Positions 25,492-37,938 of a stretch of DNA of 64,000 nt are shown here, piece by piece (the stretch's first letter is position 1; each line of letters begins with the position of its first letter). Source of the DNA: Nageia nagi. Its lineage: Eukaryota > Plantae > Pinophyta. The notes below the pieces were generated by a model. It made no database searches, was not told where the DNA came from, and saw only the letters and a list, made by a program, of their open reading frames with translations. Made by a program: the position numbers and the translations under genes. The stretch lies in NCBI GenBank assembly GCA_050084985.1, contig JBITNC010000001.1, positions 203,298,001 to 203,362,000 on the forward strand, read 5' to 3'.

Positions 25492-26549
25492 TGACGTTAA
25501 CATGTCTTAACTCATTATTTGATTTATGCTTAATATTTATTATTCAAAGTTAAGCTAATTAAAAGTCCAAATTAGAGAAATAAAAGAATTAAAACACAAA
25601 TATAAGAAAAAGTGGGTTTCTAACCCAATAACTTAAGTAAAAAAAAGAGGTATATAACTTAAAGTGAAATTACAATTCCAACTCTTGGCTCATTATTATT
25701 TTATGCACATTTAAGATTTTTTCTCTCACATATTGCTCCAAGATCATTGCCAGGGTTAGACAAGGTTTGAAAGATTCAAGGTTTTTAGCATAAGTCTTCA
25801 TCAAATCTCTCAAATATTGCTTCCACATTCAAGGTTTTTGTAGGGATTTAAGGTAATACAACCATGAATAAGCTTGGTAATATCTACCTCATGTATCCTC
25901 CATCAAATTCTATGCATGTAGTATGTTGTTTAGGTTAAAATCATATTATCTCACATTTCCATCATTAAATTTATTATTTGATATCATAATAGCTTAAACA
26001 TATATTATAAACACTCATTAAATCCCATGGGTATCCTTGAATCTAATTGAATCAAGTATCTTTAAAGATCTTCTCATTTTAAACATTTAACGTTTTCAAA
26101 ATTTTCATGTCTTAGATCTCAATTTTAACCATCAAAATATGTAAAGATTTCTTTCATAGTTTAAATCCATCATAATAATTATACAAAGAGTATTTAGACT
26201 CAAGAATTTGTATAATAGGCATGTATAATTCATTTATTCTTAATGATTTGAGGGCTTGGGGGTTCACATGCCATTTGAAGTGAGGAAACTCACTTCATGC
26301 TCACCTAGGTTCCTTAAAGGGCCTAGGTTTGGAGGTACCCCTTCCCTTTTAGATGCATCTAGGATTTATTGATGTTCTTGCAAAGTTTTAGCTTAATATT
26401 CAAATATCTGGACCTATCTTTATCAATATTTCTAACTAATTCTCATTAAATAAAGTAGACTTTTGTAATTTGAGGTTTTTGTGTGCATTTGACTTATTTA
26501 TGCTAGTTAATCCACATATAGCATAAATTTAAACATACATATTGAGTCC

Positions 26550-27020
26550 ATTGCAATGATCATAGTGATATTAAAACTTGCTTAAAGCTAATTAATGAAG
26601 CCATCAAATCTTTAATACTTGAATATATCAAGCCATTTATTTTGTTGCATTGATGTTAATCTTAGAATTAATGTGACTAAATCTCTCTATAGGTCATAGT
26701 GAATTTGAATTATAATTAAAATGGAACACATATTTTTTGCAAGTTGTAATAACATTGAAATTTATTGGCAACTTAATCTTTCAATATATCATAATGACTT
26801 AAATCTTAATCAAAAGTGACCAAACTTTTCATTAAGTTGTAATGATATTGATTCCTATATGGAAATGAATTAGCATTTACTTATGGTCACATTGAGCTTA
26901 CTTTATAGTATTAAATGACTAAGTAAAACTTGGCAGTCACATTGACATTGAAACTTACTTCACAATGACTAAAAGGATTTTATAGTTGTACCCATGTTGA
27001 TTTCTAACTAGATGTGACTT
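26550..27020. repeat. Degenerate ~49-bp tandem array (~10 units)
   Basis: A gt(c/t)(g/a)(c/t)a..ga(c/t)(a/g)ttgaaactt-like block recurs near 26558, 26644, 26693, 26743, 26788, 26836, 26887, 26936 and 26985. Confidence 0.6.
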
Positions 27021-27126
27021 AAGGAAAAAATAATTAAATTTAAAAAAATTCTTTTTTTGATAAATTTATGAAATTGAACAAATTTTAAATAATTTTTGAT
27101 AATGATTTATCATCTTTTTTTTTAGG

Positions 27127-30100
27127 ATGAGTAACTTAAAGAAGCACTAAGATGTATATGTTTGGTTAACAAAGACAAATTTCATAGCAAGGAGGAAAGA
27201 AGGTTCACAAAATATGATAGCTCACTACTACGATAGATTAAGCATGATCTAAGATCCACATTTAAACCATACAAATCTAATTAAAATGCTTCATGAAAAA
27301 GAGGAAATACTTAAGGAGGTTAGAGAAAAATAACCATTATATTCTTCAAGTTTATTCAAAGTAGTACTAATAACATTTTCATTCAATTTCCCTAAGTTGA
27401 TCTAGGAGGTGTCCCAACGTGTAAAATTCAAAAATAGAGTAGTAAAATACAAAGATGGGAATATAATTTCATAGATAAAATTGAAAGGGATATAAGATGT
27501 GATGACTTGGTAAAATTAAGGCATAATTTTCACACAAGAGGATTCTAATATAGAATTGGTGAAATACTTAATCAAGAACCAACCCAATGATGTTAGTTCA
27601 TGAATGAGTCTAGAACATCATAGCCTAACACATCATGTAGTAATGAAGGCTCAAAGGTGTTTATTCCAAGATACCATAAATAAGGCCATTAATTTCTTAT
27701 ATAGGGTAAGGAAAAAAACTATATACATCAGATTTGAAAAAAAAATTATTTGATTTTCATTTTTCCATTGTAAGAGGAAAGAATATCTATTGGAGTCAAG
27801 TAATCAATGATGATATTAGTAAATAATTTAGATAAGAATGTAGAACTAGAGAGTTATATTATATTTCATACCTTATCTATTTGTTGTTGAAAGGGAAGTA
27901 TATACCAAGTGTTCATGGAATAAAAAAAATAGTTTTCAATAATAGGGTTATTTTTATATTATGTATCCCAAATGATATAGAGAATAAGAATGGAAATATG
28001 TGTAAATGAGAAATGATAATTGGGAGTATGGCATTTATAAGGAGCTTAAGGGAGTGGATCATGTTTCTAGGATTACACTATATGTGGTAGAATTGTTGAA
28101 GGGTTATGCAAATTTTAACCTTGAAGATTATGAAACTTCTTATATTAGAGTATATGGTGCTGATGTGGCTCCTTCTAGGTTTCCCTAGTATGTTAGTAAT
28201 AAAATGATATTGTATGAGGTTTTTAGATATGCATTTTATTTCCATGATAAGTTTGGAAAAAAATAAAGAAGGAATCATCAAAATATCACTCATGTACACA
28301 TATTATTGCTACAATAACTCGATGGACACCCAAATAATTAAAGAGGATATTGAACAATATAGTTTGGGATATCATGAGTTGAAAACCCATTATGACCTTA
28401 TGGGAGTGGTTGATAAATATTACAATAAATTTCACACATATTAAAAAAATAATTCCTTATGAACCATTAAGAGATATAAAAACATTCACTCTAAAATTAA
28501 AATTCAAAATCTCTCTCAACAAATAACTAAGGAAGAAAGGGAGAAGTGATCGAAAAAGGAGAAGGATAAGATTTGTAAAAAACCTTCCCAAGCTAAATTT
28601 GATCAAAGATTAAAAATTGAGTGATTTTATTGATCATATAAAATTTTATCAATTTAGGTTTAATTCAAGAATAAATATGTTGAATACCATTTAACTCAAC
28701 ACACCAAATCCAAATCTGTAGACTCTAGGAGGGCATGAAGAGTAACCTCTAGATAATCCTCAAAATTAATGAAAAGTTGGAGAAAGATTTAATGTGAATG
28801 CTTTAGAAGAAAATATGTCATCATTAAGAAACCATATTTCTTCATAAATTTATGGTGAATCTAAGAAAGAATATGATAAAAAATCCAAAAGTAGGAGTGA
28901 AGATGAAGATGAAGATATTGGTGGAGAAGAAGAAGCTCCCAAAGATCAAGGCTAGGATGAGAAGGATACTTATGTAGACATACCTAATTCAGAAGAAGAG
29001 GGTGAAATAAGGTATAATGTGACTCCTAATTTAATATTAGATTTAGGATTGGATATGCTTATGATTTATTATTATTCAATGCTAGAAGATGATTCCTATC
29101 AAGGAGAAGAATAAATTAAAAATATCCCTATTCAACAAGCTATGAAAGGATCATCTTAGTCTATAGAGAAAGTACAAACAAGATCAAAAATTAAGAAAGG
29201 TTCCATCCTTTATAAGGTATCTAGCTCTAATAGATTGTTATCAAGAAAAATATCAAATCCTAATGATGGAGATGGTGATGACGAAGATGAATAGAATAAT
29301 GAAGAAATGAGAAAGAAAAAGGAGGTAATAAGAGCATGATGAGCCATAACATCCTAAAAGATATATTATCCCAATAGAAGAGGTAATCTCATTAGAATAT
29401 ATTAGGTCAACTAATTTGTTGAAAAATATATATATTTATTCCTTTTTGAAAAAGCTCAAGGATGTTAGTAGAGAGAGTGAAGGGAAAAATGTAGACTCTT
29501 TTGAGCAATCACAACTAGTTCCCAAATAATTAGAGAGCATGATTGAGTTCAAGAAAGGAAAGATGTAGGTGAATAAGCTTTCCAATAATGTGATAAAACC
29601 TAAGGATATAAGGTAAATTAAAATTAGTACCTAGGAGTATGATATGGGGTTGATAGGAATTGAAAACAATGCATATAATATTGATCAAGTGACTAATAAT
29701 ATCAAGTAAATAGGTAAAGAGAAGAAAGAAGATGGTTCTTGATTAAAATAGGGTATGAAAATGATATTCCAAGAATTTGAAGAGTTAAAAAAACATAAAG
29801 ATGAATTGAAACTCAAGTTGAAAATGAGATATGAATCGGAAGCTCATATTGATAAATTGATAGAAAATGTTATCAAAATATTTGAGAATATTTTCATGAT
29901 TTTATATACTTGGATACAATGAATTTTCAAATGGATAAAGTAGAAACATATATTAATTCTATGGCTAATGAATAGGGGTTATAAATGAACACAGTTGCAA
30001 GAATTGAACATGAAAATATTACTCATTCGTAACTTTTAAGATTTCAAAAATAATTCTCTTTCCTTTGCAATTGACTAATGAATATGAAGACCAAAAGTTC

Positions 30101-30473
30101 TATCCTTAAAGAAAAAGGGTTGGAGATTTATGAATAAATTAAATATATAATTTGGATATTAGAGATTGAATTTATCCAAAAAGGTGGAAGTTGGAATAGT
30201 GAGGATAATATCAAACAACATGTCATTGAATTTCTAAATAGTGCATTTAAAAATAAAGATTCCAAATCATCTTAGGATGCAAGCACATTATCATCATATA
30301 CTCAGTTCTTCTCATGGTCAATTAAAATGAAAATAGTTCATGAAAAATTGGAGGATTTGGCTAATTCCCAAACAATATGTCCATATCATGGCTTCATAGA
30401 ATGATAATATAGAGCTATGCTATTTTTAGGAAGTGAGTGCAAAGGTAATGCAAATGATACAGACATAAAATGA
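27127..30473 (+). pseudogene. Long decayed extra ORF of unknown function upstream of gag
   Basis: ATG follows a T-tract/AG acceptor. Coding-like blocks FP*VDL/PKLI.EV, SYIRVYGADVAPSRFP, acidic runs (EDEDEDIGGEEE; DGDGDDEDE) and a charged C-terminus. Confidence 0.6.
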
Positions 30474-30720
30474 ATAAAAAAGATCCTTTTTTAATGTGGA
30501 ATTAAGGGAATTAGAAATTTTTGTCTCCTTTAAATTTTGAAGTTAGAATTATTTTTTGAGTTCTCTTTATCTCTACTTAGTTTATTTTGGATGAAGTTAT
30601 AATTAGCATTTCTAGAAAGGTAGTTAGGTTTTCTTCTAAACCTAAATACGTATTATTTTTATAAAAAGGGATATCAAGAGTCATTTGGGGGACTTAAGAT
30701 TTTGAAATGTAATCAAAAAC

Positions 30721-31237
30721 CTTGTAAGAAATTAATAAATAAAGTTTTCTTTTCCTCATACTTTGTTTTTTATTATTCTTGTGAGATCTATTTGATTTAA
30801 AAATTGGATTACAAGTCCATACAATAATTTATATTCAAATATTGAATATTTTATCCTTTTAGAAACTTAAAAATCCTTATGAAATTAAGTTTTTAAAAGA
30901 AGAATGAAATGTTATACAAGTCTTGCAGTATAGTACATCATTTTGAGAAATAAATAATCATATTTTATGAAGTAATCATATGTAATGAGAAAGCTTGTAA
31001 TAAATTAATAAACAAAGTTTTCTTTGCCTCATACTTTGTGTTTGCTTATTCTTATGAGATCTATTTAAGTTAGAAAATGGATTACAAGTGGATTTAGTAA
31101 TTTTTTTTCAAAGCTTGACTTATTCTTTATAAACTTGAAAAGCCTTGTGTAAGTAATTTTGTTAAATAAGAATGAAGTATTATGCAATTCTTATAGCATA
31201 GTACTTCACTTTGAGAAATAAGTAATCATATTTTTTA
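30721..31237. repeat. Tandem duplication, 273-bp unit x2, in an LTR R/U5-like segment
   Basis: cttgtaa.aaattaataaa.aaagttttcttt.cctcatactttg...ttgagaaataa.taatcatatttt starts at 30721 and at 30994, downstream of TATA-like ttataaaaaggg (~30659). Confidence 0.85.
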
Positions 31238-31269
31238 AATAAAAGAATTTAAGTATAAAGTGACTAGTA

Positions 31270-33700
31270 ATGGATATATCTTTACTTCTCCTATGTCTTG
31301 GGTAACTTGGCAAGAATACTTTAGTGAAATTATAAACGTAATTGGTTAATTACTTGATAAATACTTGTGGAATAAATAATTATCTAAGTATAAGAGATTT
31401 TTGATATAAATAACTCAACAATTTATACCTCAAGAGATAATCAAAACACCAAGTTGCTATTTACAGGACCATCTCATTAAAAGGAAGGGTCATACATACC
31501 TACTATACAATTTTTCTCCTAAATAAGAAAAATTTGTTAATAAAATTGATGATTTTTATGGGGAAATGAGTTAAGAACTACCTTTGTTTCTAAGTGAAGT
31601 TAGCCTAGCAAATCAAATATTTAGTCACTTGTAAAGTCTTTTAAATGAAATAAAACCATTGGGATTTACTTTTTTTGAAAAGAGACTTATATTAGGAGAA
31701 TAAATTATTATAAATAATTATGGCATCTTTTGAACCTAATATTACAAGATATCATGCCTCACATAATTTTCAAATTAAAATAACTCAAGAAAAAATAAGG
31801 AATAAGGCTATATTTTTCAACAAATCTATCTTTTATATTATAACACAGTGAAATAGAAACCTTAGCAAGGGTAGAAGATATACATATTACTCCTAAATAA
31901 TAGATTGTAAATTATAAAATAAGAATATTCTTTCTTAAAAGATCCATAAAGAGTGAAACTAACTTTGAAATACAAAATTCAATTAAACCTTAAGACATTT
32001 TTGAAGAAAACATATTGGAAAGAGATGGATATCACATTGAGTCTTAAGGCAAGTAAAAAAAAGAGGATCTTCTTGATTTCAAAATCAAATTCTTCTTACC
32101 TATTGAAATAAATATAGTTCAATTTTCCTCATAAATATTTATGAAATATGGGATCAATAAGATTTCTATGGTTATAATAGGTTCAACATTAAACACCAAG
32201 TTGCTTTTTGAGGTTATATTAGAAAAATTCACAATTGGGAATAAATAGAGAAATTTATCTTCAAAAGAGAAGAAAATGAATCAAGTAGTCAAGAGATATA
32301 CTTATCTATTTCAAATTAGGTGATAAGTTGTATTAGAAGTTATTCAAGGTTGAGAAAATATTGAAAATATTTTCCTCAAATAAAATCTTAGATTTGGTGG
32401 TTACCCCATAGAATATAGTAATTTAGAAGAATAAGAAGATTCTATAGATCACAAATCAAAGTTTATCTTTCCTAAAGAGAAACAACCATTCATATTTGAT
32501 TCTTCAACATCATTATGGAAGAGTCAAATCCTTTCAAATCTTATTGACCTTTGAGATTATCATTCAATATGGAAATTACTATAAGCATTTCTCATAATAA
32601 TTCATCATTAAAAGGTGGTGTTTGGGAATTTGATCCTGCAATAATTAATGCTATGATTGAATGTAAAATTTGCTTCTTGAAGAAATCACTACTTAAGACT
32701 TAGGTATGAAAGATAGCTAAAGATAGACATATTAATCCTTCTCAACAACATTAAGATCAAGGAATTAAAAGAGGAATTCAATTAATAATACTAAGGGAAA
32801 AAATAGATTTTTTTTATGGAACATGTCTTATCCCAAGGATACTAATAATTTACCCACCTTTCTAAGAGAATTATCAAGAATCACTACAAAAGAGAATCTT
32901 GAAAATTTTAATACCTTTTATAAATTTTATTGGATTGAACATAAAGATATGGTTGTGTGAATGATTCTTAGAAATTTTACTAATGGGGAATTACATTGGT
33001 ATAATTCATTTCTATTTGGGTCTATCACTATTTGGGATGATTTGTCAAAAGTATTTATGGCCATATTCAAGAGTAGGGTTTTTAGAACAAAGTTAATACG
33101 TTAAATTCTCACATTATTAAAAAATATAAATAATATGTTCCATAATGAATTGATCATTTCAACAAGCTTTATTGAAGGATTCCCAAAAATTTGCAACCAG
33201 ATGATCAAATTAAGAAGTATCTTTTTATTAATATGCTTGATCTTGATTTAGCATATATGGTCATAATTTTCAAGCCTACCTCCTTTGATAATGCACTTAG
33301 TGAAGAAATTCAATATGAAGAGTATATGATAGCCTCAAGAAAGATTAAGAGATCAAAACCTTTTAATTCTAAGAAAGGAAATCATGAGCCAAAAACTAAA
33401 TATGACAAGAATGAAGTGGCTCAAAGAAAATAAATTGAAAATTAAATTATGAGGAAATTAGTAAATGTAACGATTCAACACATACAAAATTCTCAACAAA
33501 GATATAAATCTAGGTAAAATTTTATAAAATTCTTAGATAATAAAAATGAAAAAAAGATAGTCCCTAGCCCATTGGCAAAACTTGAATCCTCTTCTCCAAA
33601 TACTTACTATAAATTATGCAAATATAAACATGATCCAAATAATTGTATTTCTATGAATATGTTATAGGAGATGATATTAGAGAATGATGCTTTACTAGGA
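31270..33700 (+). pseudogene. gag: Gag of element D with long N-terminal extension or extra ORF
   Basis: Core from ~32830: LPTF...EHKDMVV*M......GELHWYNSF..GSITIWDDLSKVF. Upstream frames (MDISFTSPMSW..., MASFEPNITR...) look coding but are unassigned. Confidence 0.7.
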
Positions 33701-34109
33701 TGTAGTGATCAATTGAAATAAGGGGAATCTAGTTCTTACCAAGAAGATAATGAGAATAAAACTTATTCTTTCTTTCAAGATAGTGAAGAACCTTTATAAT
33801 GTTATACTATGATGACTAGATCCCAACTAAAGGCTTAGCCTCAACCATAAGATAAGATGCAAATGAAGTATAAGGAAGTAAAAAATAGGAAAAAATAATA
33901 AGGAACCTTCCACATTAAAATATAATATTATTGAATATATATATATAAAAACTACTAGCATCTCCATTTTGTAAATCTTGCAAAATGATCCTCAAGAAAT
34001 GAAGGGGTTGCTAGATGTGATCAAGCCTCCCAAAATACATTTGAACATGATAATTAGTAAGAGAAACATTGGTGAATAAAATATATAGCTCAATACAAAT
34101 TACTAGATT

Positions 34110-34550
34110 GTCTCATTTTTACATATCATTATGGGTGAATGGATCTCCTCCTTTTTACATATCATTATGGGTAAATGGAAGAATATTATGTAATTGCATC
34201 CTAGATTTAAGGGCTATAGATAATATCATGGCACTCAAAGTTGCTCAAATATTGAAACTAAATTTCACAAAATATAAATATTCATGTTATCATATGGATT
34301 CCTCAAATGTTAAAATAATTAGAAAAGTTAAAAACATCACTATCAATTTGCTAGCGTTTTTGGTAAAATAATTCTCATGAATATCTTGATTGTTGATATC
34401 CCAATAACTTATTAGATGTTATTAGGAATGTAGTTTGGAGCTTTAATGAGTGGAATTATATCCTTATATTGGATATTCATACAAATTATAGTGAAAGACA
34501 CACTAAAAATTCTTAAACCTAAATCCAAGTAGAGATGGGTTATCATTATA
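34110..34550 (+). pseudogene. pol: Aspartic protease of element D
   Basis: PPFYISLWVNGRILCNCILDLRA.DNIM (decayed LDSGA). Contains a 36-bp local duplication at 34116-34179. Confidence 0.8.
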
Positions 34551-34719
34551 AAAGAAAATAAAGAAAAAAATAATTTTAAAAACTTTTAGGAAACCACAAT
34601 ATATGACGTTAACATGGAAGAGAATTAATCAATTTATTTATTTTAGGATGTTAAAATTAGAACTTATTGATCGATAGAGAAAGAGCCAAAGAGGGATACT
34701 GATATCCTTAATATGAATG

Positions 34720-35130
34720 ACATGTGAAAAATATAATTTAATGGAAGCAAGTGTAGAGAAGAAAATAAGGAAGGTGTCATGTTCATAGTACCAAACCAAT
34801 CAATAAAATCATACTCAATTAGATTAACATTCTATTATAACAATAATATTATAGAGGAAAAAGCCTTATACTAAGGATTAAAAATAACAACCAAAGAGTT
34901 GAAGATATAAAACTTGGTCTATTTTAGATATGTAGAGTTAGTAGTCAATCACATTAAAAAATAAGTTTCAAACTAAAAATACCAACTTATAAGCATATAG
35001 ATAGCTTGTTTGGGATACGATTGAATTATTTGATTCATTTAATATAATTTCAATTCATAAGAACCTAAATACACAAGCATATTCCTTGATAGTTTTGGCA
35101 TCTATGATCAAGCTAGATCCATCACTTAGA
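34720..35130 (+). pseudogene. pol: Archaeal-type RNase H (aRH) between protease and RT
   Basis: FNGSKC...GVMFI.P...YSIRLTF..NNNIIEEKAL..GL...ELVVNHI matches FDGS/NN.AEYEAL/GDSELVV. Confidence 0.85.
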
Positions 35131-35449
35131 TTGGGATATTATTAGATAGAATTTATTTTTATATTGAACATACCTAATAGTATGGAACATTTGTAAGTAT
35201 TTTATTTATATAGTAAACTCCTATGGGTTTTGTAATGCATTGAATAATATTCATCAAGATTTATATAATTTGGTAGAGTGATTCAATTGGGTTCAAATAG
35301 GGTTTTGATTGACATGATTGAATTAAAAAACATATATGATAGGAATGATCATTTTAACCATCAATATTTAATCAGAAAGATCATAAAATACCACTACCAC
35401 ATTCAATCTAAATTCAAATGGTCAATTGTAGGAGGTGTTGATTGGTAGT

Positions 35450-36017
35450 GTATGCACTCTTGATAAATGGGAAGACTTAATTGGAGTTTTTAAAATATTC
35501 AAAACCATGCTCTCATGGAATTATTATGTTTTAAAAGGATTCAAAAAATATATTTTCTATCATATCATTCTTTGAAGGATAATTAAAAGCCTTTTCAATA
35601 AAAAATGAGATGTTTCAATCTGAAAATTGAACCAATGATTAAAAATGAAGTTGAGAAAATGTTAGTATCTAACATTATTTATCCAATCAAACATTCGTAT
35701 TGGGTAGCTAACATCATCCTAATATGAAAAAAGAAGGGAGACATCATAATTTGTGTTGATTTAAAGAACCTAAATTTGGCTTCTATCAAAGATAACTATT
35801 AGTTTCCAACGATGGATCATATCATATGGATAGTCAATGAATCATAAATATTTTCTTTTCTCAATGTATATTTAAGATATAATCAAACTTGGTTTGTATA
35901 AGAATACCAATTTAAGATAGCTTTCACCACTCCTTGTGGTACCTCTACTTACAAATGGATGCCTTTTGGCTAAACCAATGCATGAGAAAATTTTCAAAGA
36001 GAGATGGATTTTCTTTT
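35450..36017 (+). pseudogene. pol: RT, N-terminal half, element D
   Basis: EVEKML...IIYPIKHSYWVANI, ICVDLKNLN.ASIKDNY, AFTTPCGT..YKWMPFG, FQREMDF. Confidence 0.92.
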
Positions 36018-37938
36018 TGATTAGATACAAAAATAGGAGTTTTATATGACCCCATACCTTATAGAACTATATATTCAAATTTCCCATGCATGAACTAACA
36101 CTAAACATATACAACATGAAATAATCTTAGAGCTACTCCATGAGTATATCCCTCAACAAAATAAGATTATATAAATGCAAAGACAACTCCACCAAAATAG
36201 AACTACTATCAACATAATAAGAGTCATCATGGGACTATCATAACAAGCCTATAAAATACTTAAAAAACACATATATACTAACACCAAGAATAAAACAAAA
36301 CTAGCCAAAGCACACCTAGATTATGGGAATAATCTCCCTTTCCTTTCATGTTGCTTGAAGTAGAGCCACCAGCCATATTAATTTTCTTTTTTCCATTTCC
36401 AAATATAGGGTAATATTCATCATTCCTTTTCTTTGGTTTTCTTACTCATAGTCATCAAAGGGTTATTCAACATAAAATAAGGCTACCCTTGTTTACATGG
36501 TCTAAGCATGTAAAATAGATTTATATTTCTCTTTGTTCTTAGGAGTCTCATCTAAAGGGTCTCCAAAATTATAAGGCATGTTTAAATGTGGAGATTATCC
36601 CAACACTAGCATATTCTATTTCTTTAAAGGAGGAGGATGTAATCCTTAGTATCTTCCTCCATAATTTGCTTCTTCTTTCCCTTTTCCTTCTTTAGCACCC
36701 ACGTCATCACTCTATGGGAAATACGATCAATGTTTACAAAGGCACTCTATGTTGCAAGTGGTTTAACTTCTTTAGAGTGCATCTAATTCACCTCCTCTAA
36801 AGTGCAATCCTCATCTTGAAATTTCTCTAGCTCCTCCTCCTCTAATTCTTCTTTTACACTCTCCTTTGAATCATCATTCTCTACCCTAGAATTGACCTTT
36901 TGATAAGATACGAGAGTTCCAAAGCAAAATGGTTGAAGAGAATACATAATAATCCCTAATGATGTAGGCTTGCAAGTTTCACTTAATTTTCATAATTGAA
37001 TTATTGGGGGAATTAAAAATATATAGAGGGATATTCACTTGCTTTGCTAGGCTGAATATATTATGGAAAGTAAAGTGAAATCTTCTCAAAATTAGCACAT
37101 GGTTATCGAGGATGAAATTTTACATAATCACTATAGTCACCCCCTTCCATTTCTCTATAAAATACTCTATGCTTATATCTCCTTGTGTGCATAGAAAATT
37201 ATCTTATATCCCCTTAAATAGTTGTAATCCCATTGCTAGTGAGTATTTCTCCCACCATTGGGAACCTTAACAACTATAATATGAGCTTTAGGGTCATCAT
37301 AAAGAAAACTTCCTTACCTAAAAGAAATGACCAATACCAAAGACATATGCTCATTAGGATTTAGAAAAGCTTAAAAAAATGGATCCATACCTTATTTAAT
37401 AACATAATATGGGTTTCTTCATCCACATGCTATTCATAAGGCTCCATGTAATAAGATACATCTTCTATCACTCTATCTCTCATCCAAAATAGATGATAAG
37501 CATAACAAATGATAAAATTACATTCATGATATAGAGCCCCTTATAGTAGGCCTCCAGAATCTAATGTTAAATCCATGTAATTAATCCATGAATCCCTACC
37601 ACATATCAATCAACCTTGCCCACTCACTAAAATCAATACAAAGGATGAAAAGGCCTTTTAATGATTTCCCAAGTTATGATATCAATATCTAACTAAGGTA
37701 TATAATGTGATCCAACATTGATTATATTCTTCTTGTAATCACTAGCTTATGTCTTCTTCCAATGCCAAATCCTTTACCATGCAAAGTCATTAATATACTC
37801 CATTCGGGGTTCCATTTTAACCACCCATCTCATCACATCAAGACCCTAGTCATAGCTCTCAAAATTTTAGGCCATCACTTGAAAAACCAATGCTTAGGGT
37901 ACTTCATTGGTTATAATTTCACCCACCATCACCCCCCT
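36018..37938 (-). mobile_element. Non-autonomous L1-type LINE derivative carrying only an ORF1 remnant
   Basis: Splits the RT at FQRxMxF. Flanked by a degenerate ~21-bp duplication (aagagagatggattttctttt / aagagtaatgaattttttcttt). Minus-strand 3' end ...aaaactcctatttttgtatctaatcaaaaa. ORF1-like (DUF4283) blocks FWRPTIRG, RDRVIEDVSYYM, VWIHF. Confidence 0.65.

Noticed and set aside
27127-30473. Extra ORF as an env gene or a host gene
   Set aside because: No signal or transmembrane pattern discernible; it lies upstream of gag and is decayed like the surrounding element.
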